In this document: in pieces, positions 18,956 through 29,100 of the stretch
Position numbering within the stretch: the stretch's first letter is position 1
How the letters are laid out: every line of letters begins with the position of its first letter
IMG/VR virus record: IMGVR_UViG_3300030107_006047
Coordinates: 1 to 64,000 of that record
Origin: a virus
Strand: one strand, 5' to 3'
Length of the DNA: 64,000 nucleotides
Notes under the pieces: model-generated
What the model saw: the letters and a program-made list of their open reading frames with translations, nothing else
Told to the model about the DNA's origin: nothing
Databases searched by the model: none
Translations under genes and position numbers: made by a program

Positions 18956-21457
18956 ATGGCTAGAAGAAACAGAAATAATGAGCTTACTATCTCCACTTTG
19001 GATGAAGATGACGACGACATCCTTGGGTCGCTCTACGACGATGATGATTACTCTAGCTCAGCCTACGCCAAGATCCTTGCCTCAAGGGATCCAACGATTG
19101 CGGCAGCGCAAGAACTGCAAGAGGCTAAGAAGAAGAAAGAGGTTGGCCGAACAACTGCCGTCCTTTCGGGGGTTGACGCCCTTGCGAAAGGTCTAAGCTT
19201 AGCCTTTAGCCCTAAGGCAACATATGCGCGTCAACGAAGAAGAGAGATCCTACAAGGAGAGGACACAACCTTCGAAAAAACATTCCGCCAAATGCAGCCA
19301 GCCCTTTCAGCATCCGATGCTGCCATCGAAGCCAAGCGTGGGCAGACGGAAGCGGCAGGAGGAGAGGGTGGAAGCCGAAACCTGAAACGACGGGTCATGC
19401 TTGACAGGGAAGCCGATAGGCGCTCACAAGCCTCAAGGGCAGAAGCGGCTAAGATCGCAAGCGAAGCATCCGAAAGAGCAAAGGCTGCAGCCCAGAAAGA
19501 ACTCGCTTCTATTGCTGCCTTCTTTGGTGACAGTTGGGGCTTGTTCCTTGATGGCCTAATGAAGTCTGGGGCCCAAATTATGTCGGCGGTTGGTGCGCAA
19601 AAGGCTTACCAAAGAACACAGGATCTGCCAGCTTTTCAGGCCCAAATGAAAGAAGCGTTTGGTGGCGAGATGTCTGAATCAGAACTTGCGTCACTTACTC
19701 GGGTCATGTCTGGAATGAGCCAGGATGAGGTTGATAAACTCGAATCCAGGTTGAAGGAAAGCGGCTTCGCTAACTATGAGCCGCCAGCCCCCGCTGCTGA
19801 TGCTGCCCCCGCTGAGACTCCTGCTGAGACTCCTACTGGGACTTCTGCTGAGGAGGCTGCCCCTGCTGAGGAGGCTGCCCCTGCTGAGGAGGCTGCCCCT
19901 GCTGAGGAGGCTGCCCCTGCTGGGCCAAAAGGGGCTCCAGCCAACACGATGGCACAATACCTCCCTAGCCGAACCGAGGGCAATGCGTTCCGAGCTTGGT
20001 TTAGGGAGAACCACCCAGATAAAGCGGACGAAATCGACCTGTCCAATACAGGCAGACATAACAACAGCTACATAAGAAAAGCCTGGGAATACGCGGGTCA
20101 GGATTACTTAGATCAACTGGAAGCTAAAACCCCTGCCGTCACTGAGGGCGGAACTGAAACCCCTGCCGTCACTGAGGGCGGAACTGAAACCCCTGCCGTC
20201 ACTGAGGGCGGAACTGGCGAAGGGGCCCCCGCAGGGGAAGCCGCTTTAGAGGTGTCTCCACAAGACGCGAACTCGCAAGAAGGCGCAGCGGTTATCGAGG
20301 CCGTCCAAAACGTTACCGAGGAGGAGGCTAAAGCAGCCAGGGATCTTCTCGACCAGCGACAAAGGGACTTGTCTGGAACCCCCGTTGAGGGTGAAGAGGA
20401 TGGTGGGTTTTTACGCAATGTCTCTGACAGGTTCTCTCAATGGAGAGAAGAAAGGCGTGCTCGTCGCGAGCGCTCAGATAGAGCTAATGAGCTTCTTGAT
20501 AAAGCAGAAAAAGAAGAGGCTCAATTAGAGCGCTACATGGACTCACAAGAAATGTCGGAAGATGAAAAGGAAAGCTTCCGAGAGTTTATGACCAGGCACC
20601 TACCCGATGATGACCCAAGAAAATATCGCAGAGAAGCTTCCGAAGAGCCGCCTGCTGAAGAGCCGCCTGCTGAAGACGCATTTGCTGGATTTCTGGGTGC
20701 CCACAAGACAGATACTACTGATTGGACGGGACGCCCTCTTACCAGGGAAGAGATTGCGCTCAAACAATTGGAGGCTTTTAGGAGGGGTACACCCACCCCG
20801 GAAGAGTTCCATGCAGACTGGGGCACTACTGACTACGACGATCTTGATGTTGAGCAGCCGCTCACCCAGGAACAAATAAAAGCGAAGCAGCTTGATGCGG
20901 CCATGAGGGGCAGCCGTGAGCGAGATCCTGATACCATAGATGCCGCTGAGCCCTCTTGGGCAAAGACGGACTACGAAGAACTTGATGTCGAACAGGGAAC
21001 AGCGCCTCCTGGTCCTGACAACAAGATTCTTTCAAGCCAGATTCCAAACCCAGAAGCCGCCTATGAGTACTTCAAGACTGGTGCCATCGAAGAGGAAAGC
21101 CCGGCGAGGTATCTTGATGCCCTTCGGATGGCCGGAATGGCTGCCGTGAGGCAGGGTGACATCGATACACACGGTCGAATCTTAGATGAGATTGCTCGAA
21201 TCGAGACCCCAGACCCAGCAAATCCGTGGCCTGCAAGTGAGATTCAAGAGCAGGGACAGGCTTACCAGTTCTACCGTGCTGGAGCTATCGCGAAGGACAG
21301 CCTTCCAAGGTATTTGGGAGTGCTTCAGTTGGCGGCAATGGAGTCCATGAAAGAGGACGACCTTGATACTCAAATGCGTATTTACGATGAGATTGATAAC
21401 GTTCAGGCTCAAATCCAGATGATTCAATCCATCATTCCAAGAATGCCGAGGCCGTAA
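18956..21457 (+). CDS. Putative internal virion protein with tandem repeats and duplicated modules
   Basis: 833 aa, helical and acidic, with low-complexity linkers. Confidence 0.6.
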   Translation: MARRNRNNELTISTLDEDDDDILGSLYDDDDYSSSAYAKILASRDPTIAAAQELQEAKKKKEVGRTTAVLSGVDALAKGLSLAFSPKATYARQRRREILQGEDTTFEKTFRQMQPALSASDAAIEAKRGQTEAAGGEGGSRNLKRRVMLDREADRRSQASRAEAAKIASEASERAKAAAQKELASIAAFFGDSWGLFLDGLMKSGAQIMSAVGAQKAYQRTQDLPAFQAQMKEAFGGEMSESELASLTRVMSGMSQDEVDKLESRLKESGFANYEPPAPAADAAPAETPAETPTGTSAEEAAPAEEAAPAEEAAPAEEAAPAGPKGAPANTMAQYLPSRTEGNAFRAWFRENHPDKADEIDLSNTGRHNNSYIRKAWEYAGQDYLDQLEAKTPAVTEGGTETPAVTEGGTETPAVTEGGTGEGAPAGEAALEVSPQDANSQEGAAVIEAVQNVTEEEAKAARDLLDQRQRDLSGTPVEGEEDGGFLRNVSDRFSQWREERRARRERSDRANELLDKAEKEEAQLERYMDSQEMSEDEKESFREFMTRHLPDDDPRKYRREASEEPPAEEPPAEDAFAGFLGAHKTDTTDWTGRPLTREEIALKQLEAFRRGTPTPEEFHADWGTTDYDDLDVEQPLTQEQIKAKQLDAAMRGSRERDPDTIDAAEPSWAKTDYEELDVEQGTAPPGPDNKILSSQIPNPEAAYEYFKTGAIEEESPARYLDALRMAGMAAVRQGDIDTHGRILDEIARIETPDPANPWPASEIQEQGQAYQFYRAGAIAKDSLPRYLGVLQLAAMESMKEDDLDTQMRIYDEIDNVQAQIQMIQSIIPRMPRP
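19845..19922 (+). repeat. 4+ x 18-nt coding tandem repeat (AEEAAP)
   Basis: ctgctgaggaggctgccc occurs four times plus a partial copy. Confidence 0.95.
20127..20216 (+). repeat. 3 x 30-nt coding tandem repeat (TPAVTEGGTE)
   Basis: aaacccctgccgtcactgagggcggaactg occurs three times, all perfect. Confidence 0.95.
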
Positions 21458-22167
21458 TGCCTCGCATTGGAAGCACACGAAGGCGGAGGGTTCAAGACTA
21501 CTCTTTAGACCAATTGTCTGACGAGATTCGTGATCGTGTTCTCACATCTGACTCTGTACGCGCTGAACATATTGAGGTTGGCAGTCTTCGTGGTCAGTTG
21601 CCTGGTTCGTCGATTTCGTCTTTAAGTGGAGAAAAGATTACGCCGGAGTCTATTTCAGAGTCGAGGCTTTCTCAGCTTCTTCAAGACAAGATCAACTTGG
21701 CAAAGGATCTGGCTACACAAGCTATTGGCTTGGCGTCCTTCAAGTTTCAGCAGCAAATCGATGACCTTGAGGGCGCTCTTGCCGCACGCATTGAACGCGC
21801 CGCTGCTCTTGCTTCCAGCGCCATTCAGCCGGGCGCTCGTGCTTTTTTGCATTCCTTGAAAGCAAATACCGCACAGTTTGGCTTCACCGTTATTGCTGCG
21901 GATACAACCATCACCTCAACCCAGGCGACTTTCTACAATGTCTCAACCGGCGGCGGCGATGTAACGATCACCCTTCCGAGCGCTACGACGTGCCAAGGCT
22001 TGATGTTAGGGTTCAATAAAACCTTGTCCGCAAACAGTATGATTCTCGATGGGGCGGCCTCTCAAACCATAAACGGAAGCACCACAAAGTCATACGGATC
22101 TCAATATGACGCGGTTGTAATCATATCAAACGGTAGCAACTGGAATATCATATCAAACAGATCTTGA
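21457..22167 (+). CDS. Fibre-like virion protein
   Basis: Coiled-coil centre. C-terminal ITLPSA...G...TING.......YDAVVIISNGSNW domain common in phage fibres. Confidence 0.6.
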   Translation: MPRIGSTRRRRVQDYSLDQLSDEIRDRVLTSDSVRAEHIEVGSLRGQLPGSSISSLSGEKITPESISESRLSQLLQDKINLAKDLATQAIGLASFKFQQQIDDLEGALAARIERAAALASSAIQPGARAFLHSLKANTAQFGFTVIAADTTITSTQATFYNVSTGGGDVTITLPSATTCQGLMLGFNKTLSANSMILDGAASQTINGSTTKSYGSQYDAVVIISNGSNWNIISNRS

Positions 22168-22216
22168 TGAGACATTACGGCTCTCGTCTTATAGAATCAG
22201 ACTGAACGAGGTTTCT

Positions 22217-24097
22217 ATGTCCTACGGTGTCTCGCCACTCTTTAGTCCAATTTACTTCCCCCAAGCTAGCCTGGCTTCTACATACATGGCCTCGTATTGG
22301 AAGGAAGCCCAAGAACAATACCGTGAAGAAAGGAAGGCGTTGCTCCGTGCCTTGGACACAAGAAGTCTTCGGATTGTTGCCGCTAAGGCTCAAGAGTCGC
22401 TGGATGAAACCCTTCGGTTTATGACCGAGCTTCAGCAAAAACAGGTAGAAGAAAGAGGGTTGGTCACCAGAACTTGGCTGGATCAGAATGCTCAAAACAT
22501 TCGAAACTATCAAGACGCACAAGCCTCGATTTCACAATCTCGGATTACACAGGTTGGGGGGATTGAAAAGCAAAGGCTTACTTCTCAAAGAGAGCTTCGA
22601 AGAGCTACGCAGCTTAGTGTCGAAGCAGAGACAGCTATAGCCCAAAATATTGCCAAGACGACGCCCCACAGGGGCCTTAGCAGACAGGGTTGGAGCGACC
22701 TGTGGGTAGATGAAGACAGGACACCTAGTCAAATGCCAGCGAAATGGACCGAGCAGGGCCTCAAATATGAAGCCTATTTGGCAGACATTGAGAACAAAGA
22801 GCGAACATCCGATCCCGTAAGAGAGCAGTATTTGGCTGTTCGTCTCTGGGAAGAGGCTGTGGAGAAAGGCGATCTCGCTGGGGCCTCTCGGGTTGCCGCG
22901 CTTGCGACTGGGCGAACAGTTGAAAACATTCCGGTTCTAAGGAATGGACAGGTTTACCTTCGAACAGATCTTAGGCGATGGTTTACTGATTTGTATGGCC
23001 CGATAACTACGGCAGACACGGCGGCGTCGAGAAGGGTTATTTCAAGAACAGGCGGTGTAAGTCGTGCCGATATGCCAGGTTTAGATGAAGTAATGACTAT
23101 GTCTGGCCTGGACAAAAACGTTGATTTGTCCCAGTACCGAACCAGAGCTGACGAGCTTAGGGAGCTAATCAGGGGCTACCAGCGGGACATAAAGGGGCAA
23201 GAGCAGGCCGCAATGATGGTTGTTTCTGGCACTGCCGGATTGAGTCCCTGGACATCGGGCCCAAAGTCAATGGTCCCGGCTACGCGGGTAATCGACACTC
23301 TTGGGGGTTTGCTGCGTAATGACCGGCCAACAGCCAAAAGAGTTCTGGACGAGGTAACTCGCGGTAACTTTGACGTTAACGTGCCTCTTGCTACATTTAC
23401 TACTTGGGCAGAAGATGCGATTCAAGCCAGGGTTTCTGGTACTGGAACCGCAAAACAGGGTCGTCTGGGAAACAACGTTTTAGATTACCTGTCCGCTGAG
23501 CTTTCAGCTATTGCTCAAGAGGCGAAGAGGGCGGCTGACGTTCAGCAGGTTGAAAATGTACGAAAAAGGTTTTTGAGTCTCGGAGAGTCTATCAACAGCC
23601 CCCTTGTCCAGGGCCAGCTTGTTGGAATTCAAACAGCAAAGGGGAGAAGCCTTAGTGATGTTTTCAGCGGAATCGAATCAAGCATAGGTGTTCAAGGAAT
23701 GGATGTGGCTCAAAACATCCGAATCGGCGCAAACGGAATGAGCCGCCTAATATCTAAATCCCAAACATCAATGCCTGAACAGCAGTCCGAGCTTGCCTGG
23801 CTTCCCTACCAATACGAAGACAGGCTTTCTTCTATGTCAGACGCAATGGCTTCGGGCGATACTCAGTCTTATGCCCAGCAAGCCGAGCAGTTTAAATTAG
23901 ATCTTGAGCCGCTGTCTGCGGATCTTGCTGGCGACGCCGGAGTTGCTATTCGAGATCAGATCGGTGTTGCAGAACAAAGCGGCGACTACGACACGCTAAA
24001 CAAACGGATGGAGGAGCTTAGATCTGTTATCCAAGACTGGATCAATGCTGCCGCCCAAGGCAATGCAGCTCTTACCCTGGAGGGTGACCTTGGCTGA
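22217..24097 (+). CDS. Putative internal virion protein
   Basis: 626 aa, helical, Q/R/A-rich, within the internal-protein block. Confidence 0.55.
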   Translation: MSYGVSPLFSPIYFPQASLASTYMASYWKEAQEQYREERKALLRALDTRSLRIVAAKAQESLDETLRFMTELQQKQVEERGLVTRTWLDQNAQNIRNYQDAQASISQSRITQVGGIEKQRLTSQRELRRATQLSVEAETAIAQNIAKTTPHRGLSRQGWSDLWVDEDRTPSQMPAKWTEQGLKYEAYLADIENKERTSDPVREQYLAVRLWEEAVEKGDLAGASRVAALATGRTVENIPVLRNGQVYLRTDLRRWFTDLYGPITTADTAASRRVISRTGGVSRADMPGLDEVMTMSGLDKNVDLSQYRTRADELRELIRGYQRDIKGQEQAAMMVVSGTAGLSPWTSGPKSMVPATRVIDTLGGLLRNDRPTAKRVLDEVTRGNFDVNVPLATFTTWAEDAIQARVSGTGTAKQGRLGNNVLDYLSAELSAIAQEAKRAADVQQVENVRKRFLSLGESINSPLVQGQLVGIQTAKGRSLSDVFSGIESSIGVQGMDVAQNIRIGANGMSRLISKSQTSMPEQQSELAWLPYQYEDRLSSMSDAMASGDTQSYAQQAEQFKLDLEPLSADLAGDAGVAIRDQIGVAEQSGDYDTLNKRMEELRSVIQDWINAAAQGNAALTLEGDLG

Positions 24098-26093
24098 TAC
24101 TGGTTTAGATTTAGACGCTTTAATGGATGCGTTAGACGAGGGCACCCCCCCTATTCCTCCCGCTGTAGATGTTCAACCTGCTGAGGTAGCTGATGCTAAA
24201 GACCCTGTTGAAGAAACTCCTACTGTCCCTGCTCCTGTCCCCGAGGGCGCTCCTTCTGTTAGTGGTCCTGCAGATGTTCCTTTAGGCACAGAAGTCCCCG
24301 CATGGTACACCCCTCCAGCAGGGCCGTTGGGGCCAGAGGTTCCCCCCTGGATGGAAGAGGAATACGCAGGGGAGGGGCCAGAAGAAGGCTGGGTTCCAAG
24401 CAAAGGCGGGTGGTCCGTATACAACGAAAACATCCTAAACAACCCAAATGCTTTGTCGGTGGTTAAGCAAGACGTTGGTCTTGCCGACTCGCTTCTTTCT
24501 GTTCAGACACAGTCTGAAATAGATTCTCTCAAGCCTCTGTTTCAGAGCTTTTATTCTCAGGTCTACGGCGGCAGTGCCCTGCAAGACTCTGATGGCCAGG
24601 CAACCCCAATGGGTTCCTTTCTTAGCTCTTATATGGATTTGCTTTGGGGTAGGGGGCATGTATATCACCCCGATTGGACCCCAGAGGGACAGACTGTTCA
24701 GCAGCCAGTTCCGAGAGGCACTACCGGCAGGACGGGAAAATGGGAAAGGGCTATTCGCCCATGGGACTGGTTTGATGCAGAGATTGGCGAGGTTAGTGCA
24801 GGGAAAAAGAAAGCACAGGCCGCCGAAATGCTTTCGTATATCAATGACGGAAACATGATGTCTGCAGGGCATGTGGGTTCAGGCTCTGAAGTCCAGTCTT
24901 GGTATAGCGACAAGCAAAGTGATCGTTTTTACACCTTTGCTTTTTGGCTTGAGGAGATGGATCGCAGGCTGACACATGACAACAAAACAGCCCTCTCAGA
25001 ATACGAAGACATCATGAAGATGACAGAGAGGGGTGTAGAGCCTTCTGGGGGAAGGGGTCAGGTTGATGAGCTTAGAAGTAACTACGAGCGAAACTATGCT
25101 GCGCTAAGCTCTTTCAATCTACTTAAAAAAGCCTTTATTAGGTATTTTAAAACCCCTGAAACAATCGGTATAAATATTCGTGCGCGTGTTCGTGGGGAGC
25201 CGATGGGGCATGATTACGACAGCGCGGACGCTAAAAGTAGTTTTCGAAGCAGTGAAGAGCCGTCTAACTTTACAGGCGTTCTTGAGGGTGATTCCTATAC
25301 GCTGTATCCGGTTTTTAAAGCACCTAAAACTCCGGGTCGGTTTCCAAACTACGAGGGCAGAATTCTGCCAGCCGGTGTGATGTCTGGGGGCGGCGGTCCT
25401 GGTGGTCTTTACCTTTCCCGATGGGGTATTGATGGCGCTCCGAAATTCGTTGCCGACCAGTACATGGAAGGAAGAAAAGCCCAGGTCGGCGCGGCTCTGC
25501 AGGACTTTTACGGGGAGCAATCGGGCTTTGACGAGTTCGCAAGAATTAACGAAATCGGCAATAAGATAGTAGGCTCTCTTCTCAAGGCGCAGCCCGAGTT
25601 TCATGATGTTGCTCTCGATGACTACCGAAGGAGTCTCGGCATTCTGGGAAGCAGCGCCGCATTGGGGCACTCGCTTTCCTTTGACCGCCGGGCTCTTGGC
25701 AGCGACGGGGAGTTGCGAAGATATGGCGCTTACAGGACTCCAGAGCTTGGAATGTATGGTGCCGCTGATGCTGAAGATGTAGCCGTTGGCGACTACACAT
25801 ACATTGGTGAACCGTGGGAAGCAGACGTGGATGCGATTCTTCCCGAGATAATGAACTTAACCGTTACTGAGGCTACCGTTCTTGTGCGAGGCATTAGGGC
25901 TGTTGCTCAGTCTTGGGAAAACCAGGGCGCTAGGCGAAGGTTAAATATTGACGGCCAACCGAATGCCCAGAAAGAAATCAACAAAATGTTCCAAAATGCT
26001 TATCTTTGGGATTCTGCTACACTTACCCACATTGCAGACATTATCGAACTTGAAAGAATGAATCATGTTCGGTTAGGTCACGTTCAGTATTAG
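24090..26093 (+). CDS. Putative internal virion protein
   Basis: GGAGG SD before TTG 24090. Pro/acidic N-terminus. Confidence 0.55.
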   Translation: MADTGLDLDALMDALDEGTPPIPPAVDVQPAEVADAKDPVEETPTVPAPVPEGAPSVSGPADVPLGTEVPAWYTPPAGPLGPEVPPWMEEEYAGEGPEEGWVPSKGGWSVYNENILNNPNALSVVKQDVGLADSLLSVQTQSEIDSLKPLFQSFYSQVYGGSALQDSDGQATPMGSFLSSYMDLLWGRGHVYHPDWTPEGQTVQQPVPRGTTGRTGKWERAIRPWDWFDAEIGEVSAGKKKAQAAEMLSYINDGNMMSAGHVGSGSEVQSWYSDKQSDRFYTFAFWLEEMDRRLTHDNKTALSEYEDIMKMTERGVEPSGGRGQVDELRSNYERNYAALSSFNLLKKAFIRYFKTPETIGINIRARVRGEPMGHDYDSADAKSSFRSSEEPSNFTGVLEGDSYTLYPVFKAPKTPGRFPNYEGRILPAGVMSGGGGPGGLYLSRWGIDGAPKFVADQYMEGRKAQVGAALQDFYGEQSGFDEFARINEIGNKIVGSLLKAQPEFHDVALDDYRRSLGILGSSAALGHSLSFDRRALGSDGELRRYGAYRTPELGMYGAADAEDVAVGDYTYIGEPWEADVDAILPEIMNLTVTEATVLVRGIRAVAQSWENQGARRRLNIDGQPNAQKEINKMFQNAYLWDSATLTHIADIIELERMNHVRLGHVQY

Positions 26094-26106
26094 TCTTGGA
26101 GAGATA

Positions 26107-29100
26107 GTGTCAAACGGGAACGACGACGACATTCTTCTGGAGGGAATGACTGGGTTTGCTGAAGAGCCTGTTCTTGGCGGCGGAGTTTACCGTGGAGAGC
26201 TTGATCTTACGGGTGAATTAGACACCTCTCCTGCAGAAATGTTCGAGGATGTTGATGTTGTCGGGTCTATTAGGGACTTTGAAGAAACTTACAGCAAAGC
26301 TGCAACACCCGTTACCTATATCGAACAAGAGCAAATAAACGATCAGCTTAGAGAAGCTATTGAAATGCAGCTAAGGTCTACCCGGCCTGGGCACGAAGAT
26401 GACTGGTACAAAGAGCGGGTCGAGAAAAGAATTCATGACCTAAGCTTCGTCCATGCCAACTATGCTCCTGATCCTCCTGAGCTTCCAAGTGTTAGCTTTC
26501 TAAAGAACCTATACCAACAATACCCAGAGCAACTCAGGTCAACGTATCGACCAGATAGCTCGGTTGGTCGTGTTGTTTCCGCTATCAGCACCGACAAAAC
26601 AGATGAACAAATCCAAGAACTGATTGACAAAACAACAGTCAGTGAATGGCCGAGCGAGTTTACCTGGGGTGGCGGTTTCGTCAACGCTATGCAGAGGGGC
26701 CTTAGCCGAAGGGTTATCGAGGTCGAGGCTGGCGCTGATAAGCCTGGAAGCGAGATGCGGTGGGAGCACGGTCGGAAAGTATCCAGAGAATACGAAGCCA
26801 TAATGGATGACCAGGGCTGGGGGGCCGGTGTAGCCAGGATGTGGGCAAACGGTCCCAGCATGGATGAAAACGACGCCTATCGTGCGGGCCTGTTTCTCGA
26901 TGAAGACGAGGCAACCGCACGAGAACTGGTTGTTTCGACGGGTCTTGGTATGACTTTTGGCGCTATGGTTAGGAGCAAGCTTGGGTACTTGCTTCCTAGG
27001 GCTGGCGTTTGGGGTAGACGCACTTTTGGCTTGAGGGGTGCCGTAAAAGGGGCGACAGCAGGATCTTCGGGCGGCCCTATCGGAATGACTATTGGCGCTG
27101 TTATTGGCGGTTTTGTTGGATACGGCGCTGGAAAGGTCTGGGGAAAAGTGGACGCTGAAGAGTTCTTCAAGCCCGTTCCTGCTTTCCCTCAAGACGAAGA
27201 TGATGACGGGTGGTTCTTTGCCCTTCCAAAAGGCCTGGTAGATCTGTCTACAAGAACTCTTGTATTGACCGGCTTGGCGGACTCCGCTGTTGTTCCGATT
27301 ATGGCCTCCAGCAATGAAGAGGCAGATCGCATGAGAGACATTATCGCGATGTCTCGGCCAAGCGAAGCATGGGAGTCTCTTGTTCATGAATATCGAACAG
27401 CCCGCGACTCTGGAAGGACAAGCGAGGAGCTAAGAGAAGAACTTAGGCCCCTCATGGGCGGCATGGTTAGAAACGTTGCGTGGGCCGATCTTCCCGACGC
27501 CGCACGCCATGCTGATAACCTCGACTTAGAAACCGCGATTGAATATGCGACAGCCAACAAAGACGTTGGAGATATCAACGCTCCTAAGTTTACCTTTCAA
27601 TACTTTGTTGGTTTAGCTAATGAAGGAAATACCGGCAAAAAGGGTCTTCAAAGGGTCCTCCACAGCCTTCCTATTGGTCAGATTCTAAACCATGTCCCGC
27701 AGATTATTGTTGGTGACGAAAGCCGTCCTGGTTCGATTCCTTCCGTTGATACCTTCATTGACGGCGTCATGGTTGCGGCAAGAGACACTGAAGAAGCTTA
27801 CGCGCTGACCGGAACGGACACAACTCGGGATCTTGCTACCGGCTTCGCCGAGTTGATGCTTGAAAGAAGAGAAGTGGGCGGCACGACTCGCTATGTGGAG
27901 AATACTCCTGGTAAGCTCTTTCGAGTTCTGTCTTCAGTCCCCGAGCTGTACATGGAGATGCGGCTTCCGTTCGACATCCCGCTAACGCCCGCGTCTCGTG
28001 ACGCAAGGTACAACCTTGGTATTCGAGATCCTGATGTCGGATATTGGGCCAATTTCTTTTCTAATGTTGAGACGGGGGAGATGGGGCTTGCTCGCCATGT
28101 GACCGACGAGATGATTTCTCGTGGTGTTGACAGGCAGTCTTGGCAATACAGGGGAATCGCTACCGGCGGTGTAATGGCCGACTGGCTGGTGTACTGGGAG
28201 CGCCCAATTATTTCTGGAATCGGGATGCCCACAAGGGCTGGATTGCGAGGGTATGGCGCTTGGAAGCAATACAAAGACAATCCTCTACGATTGCAAGCAG
28301 TTACCGCCGCCCTTTCTCCGAGGCTTTACGCCTTTAGGAACAAAGTAGATGTTCAAAACACTCAAGCCTGGGCTAATGTTTCCCGGTTTCTTGGTGAGGA
28401 CACGGGGCTCGAGGGCTTGCAGACCCTCAAGGGAGGGAAGGCTTCAGACGGCTCTGACGTTGTTCTTGGAGTTAGGGAATCCGGCATTGTAGACAGAATG
28501 ATTGAGGCGATGGAGCAGGGAAAAAGCTTCGAAGACGCAGAGGCTTCTCTCCCCACCTACAGAGACCATGATTGGTATACAGTCCAAAGCCACTTGTTAT
28601 CTGAAGGAGTGAAGAACGGAGTCATAAAGGGCGACGATGTCTGGGCTGTGGTTCCAAAGCCGATGAGAAGCCAAGTGATTCAGGTCATGGCTGCGGCTGG
28701 TATTGAGCCGTCTTCTGCCATTAGGGCTCTGAACCAGTACATCCTTAAGGCGAGAAAGATCAACCTTCATGCCATGGAGAAGCTCCTGACCGAAGGCACT
28801 CCAGAGATGATTGCTTTTCGGGGTAGCGATCAGTACAAGAACTTAAGGAATGTCTTGCTTGAAGCCGTTGGTAGCGCTGGCGGAGCAACAGACCATGTAA
28901 ATATCTCTATGCCAAAGCTCGAGCTTCAGGCTTGGATTGCGGCCCTTGATCCTCAAAGACCCAACATTAAGTCGATGGAGGACTATTTCGATGCTTTGCG
29001 TATTGAATTAGAAGGAGCCGGAGGCCCTCCCCCGACTAAAGGTCCCAAAGATCCACCAGTGGGCGGGCCCGAAGATCCACCAGTGGGCGGGCCAGGAAAA

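Noticed and set aside
19845-20216. Tandem repeats as a non-coding array
   Set aside because: Unit lengths are multiples of three and lie in frame within ORF 18956-21457 as linker peptides.
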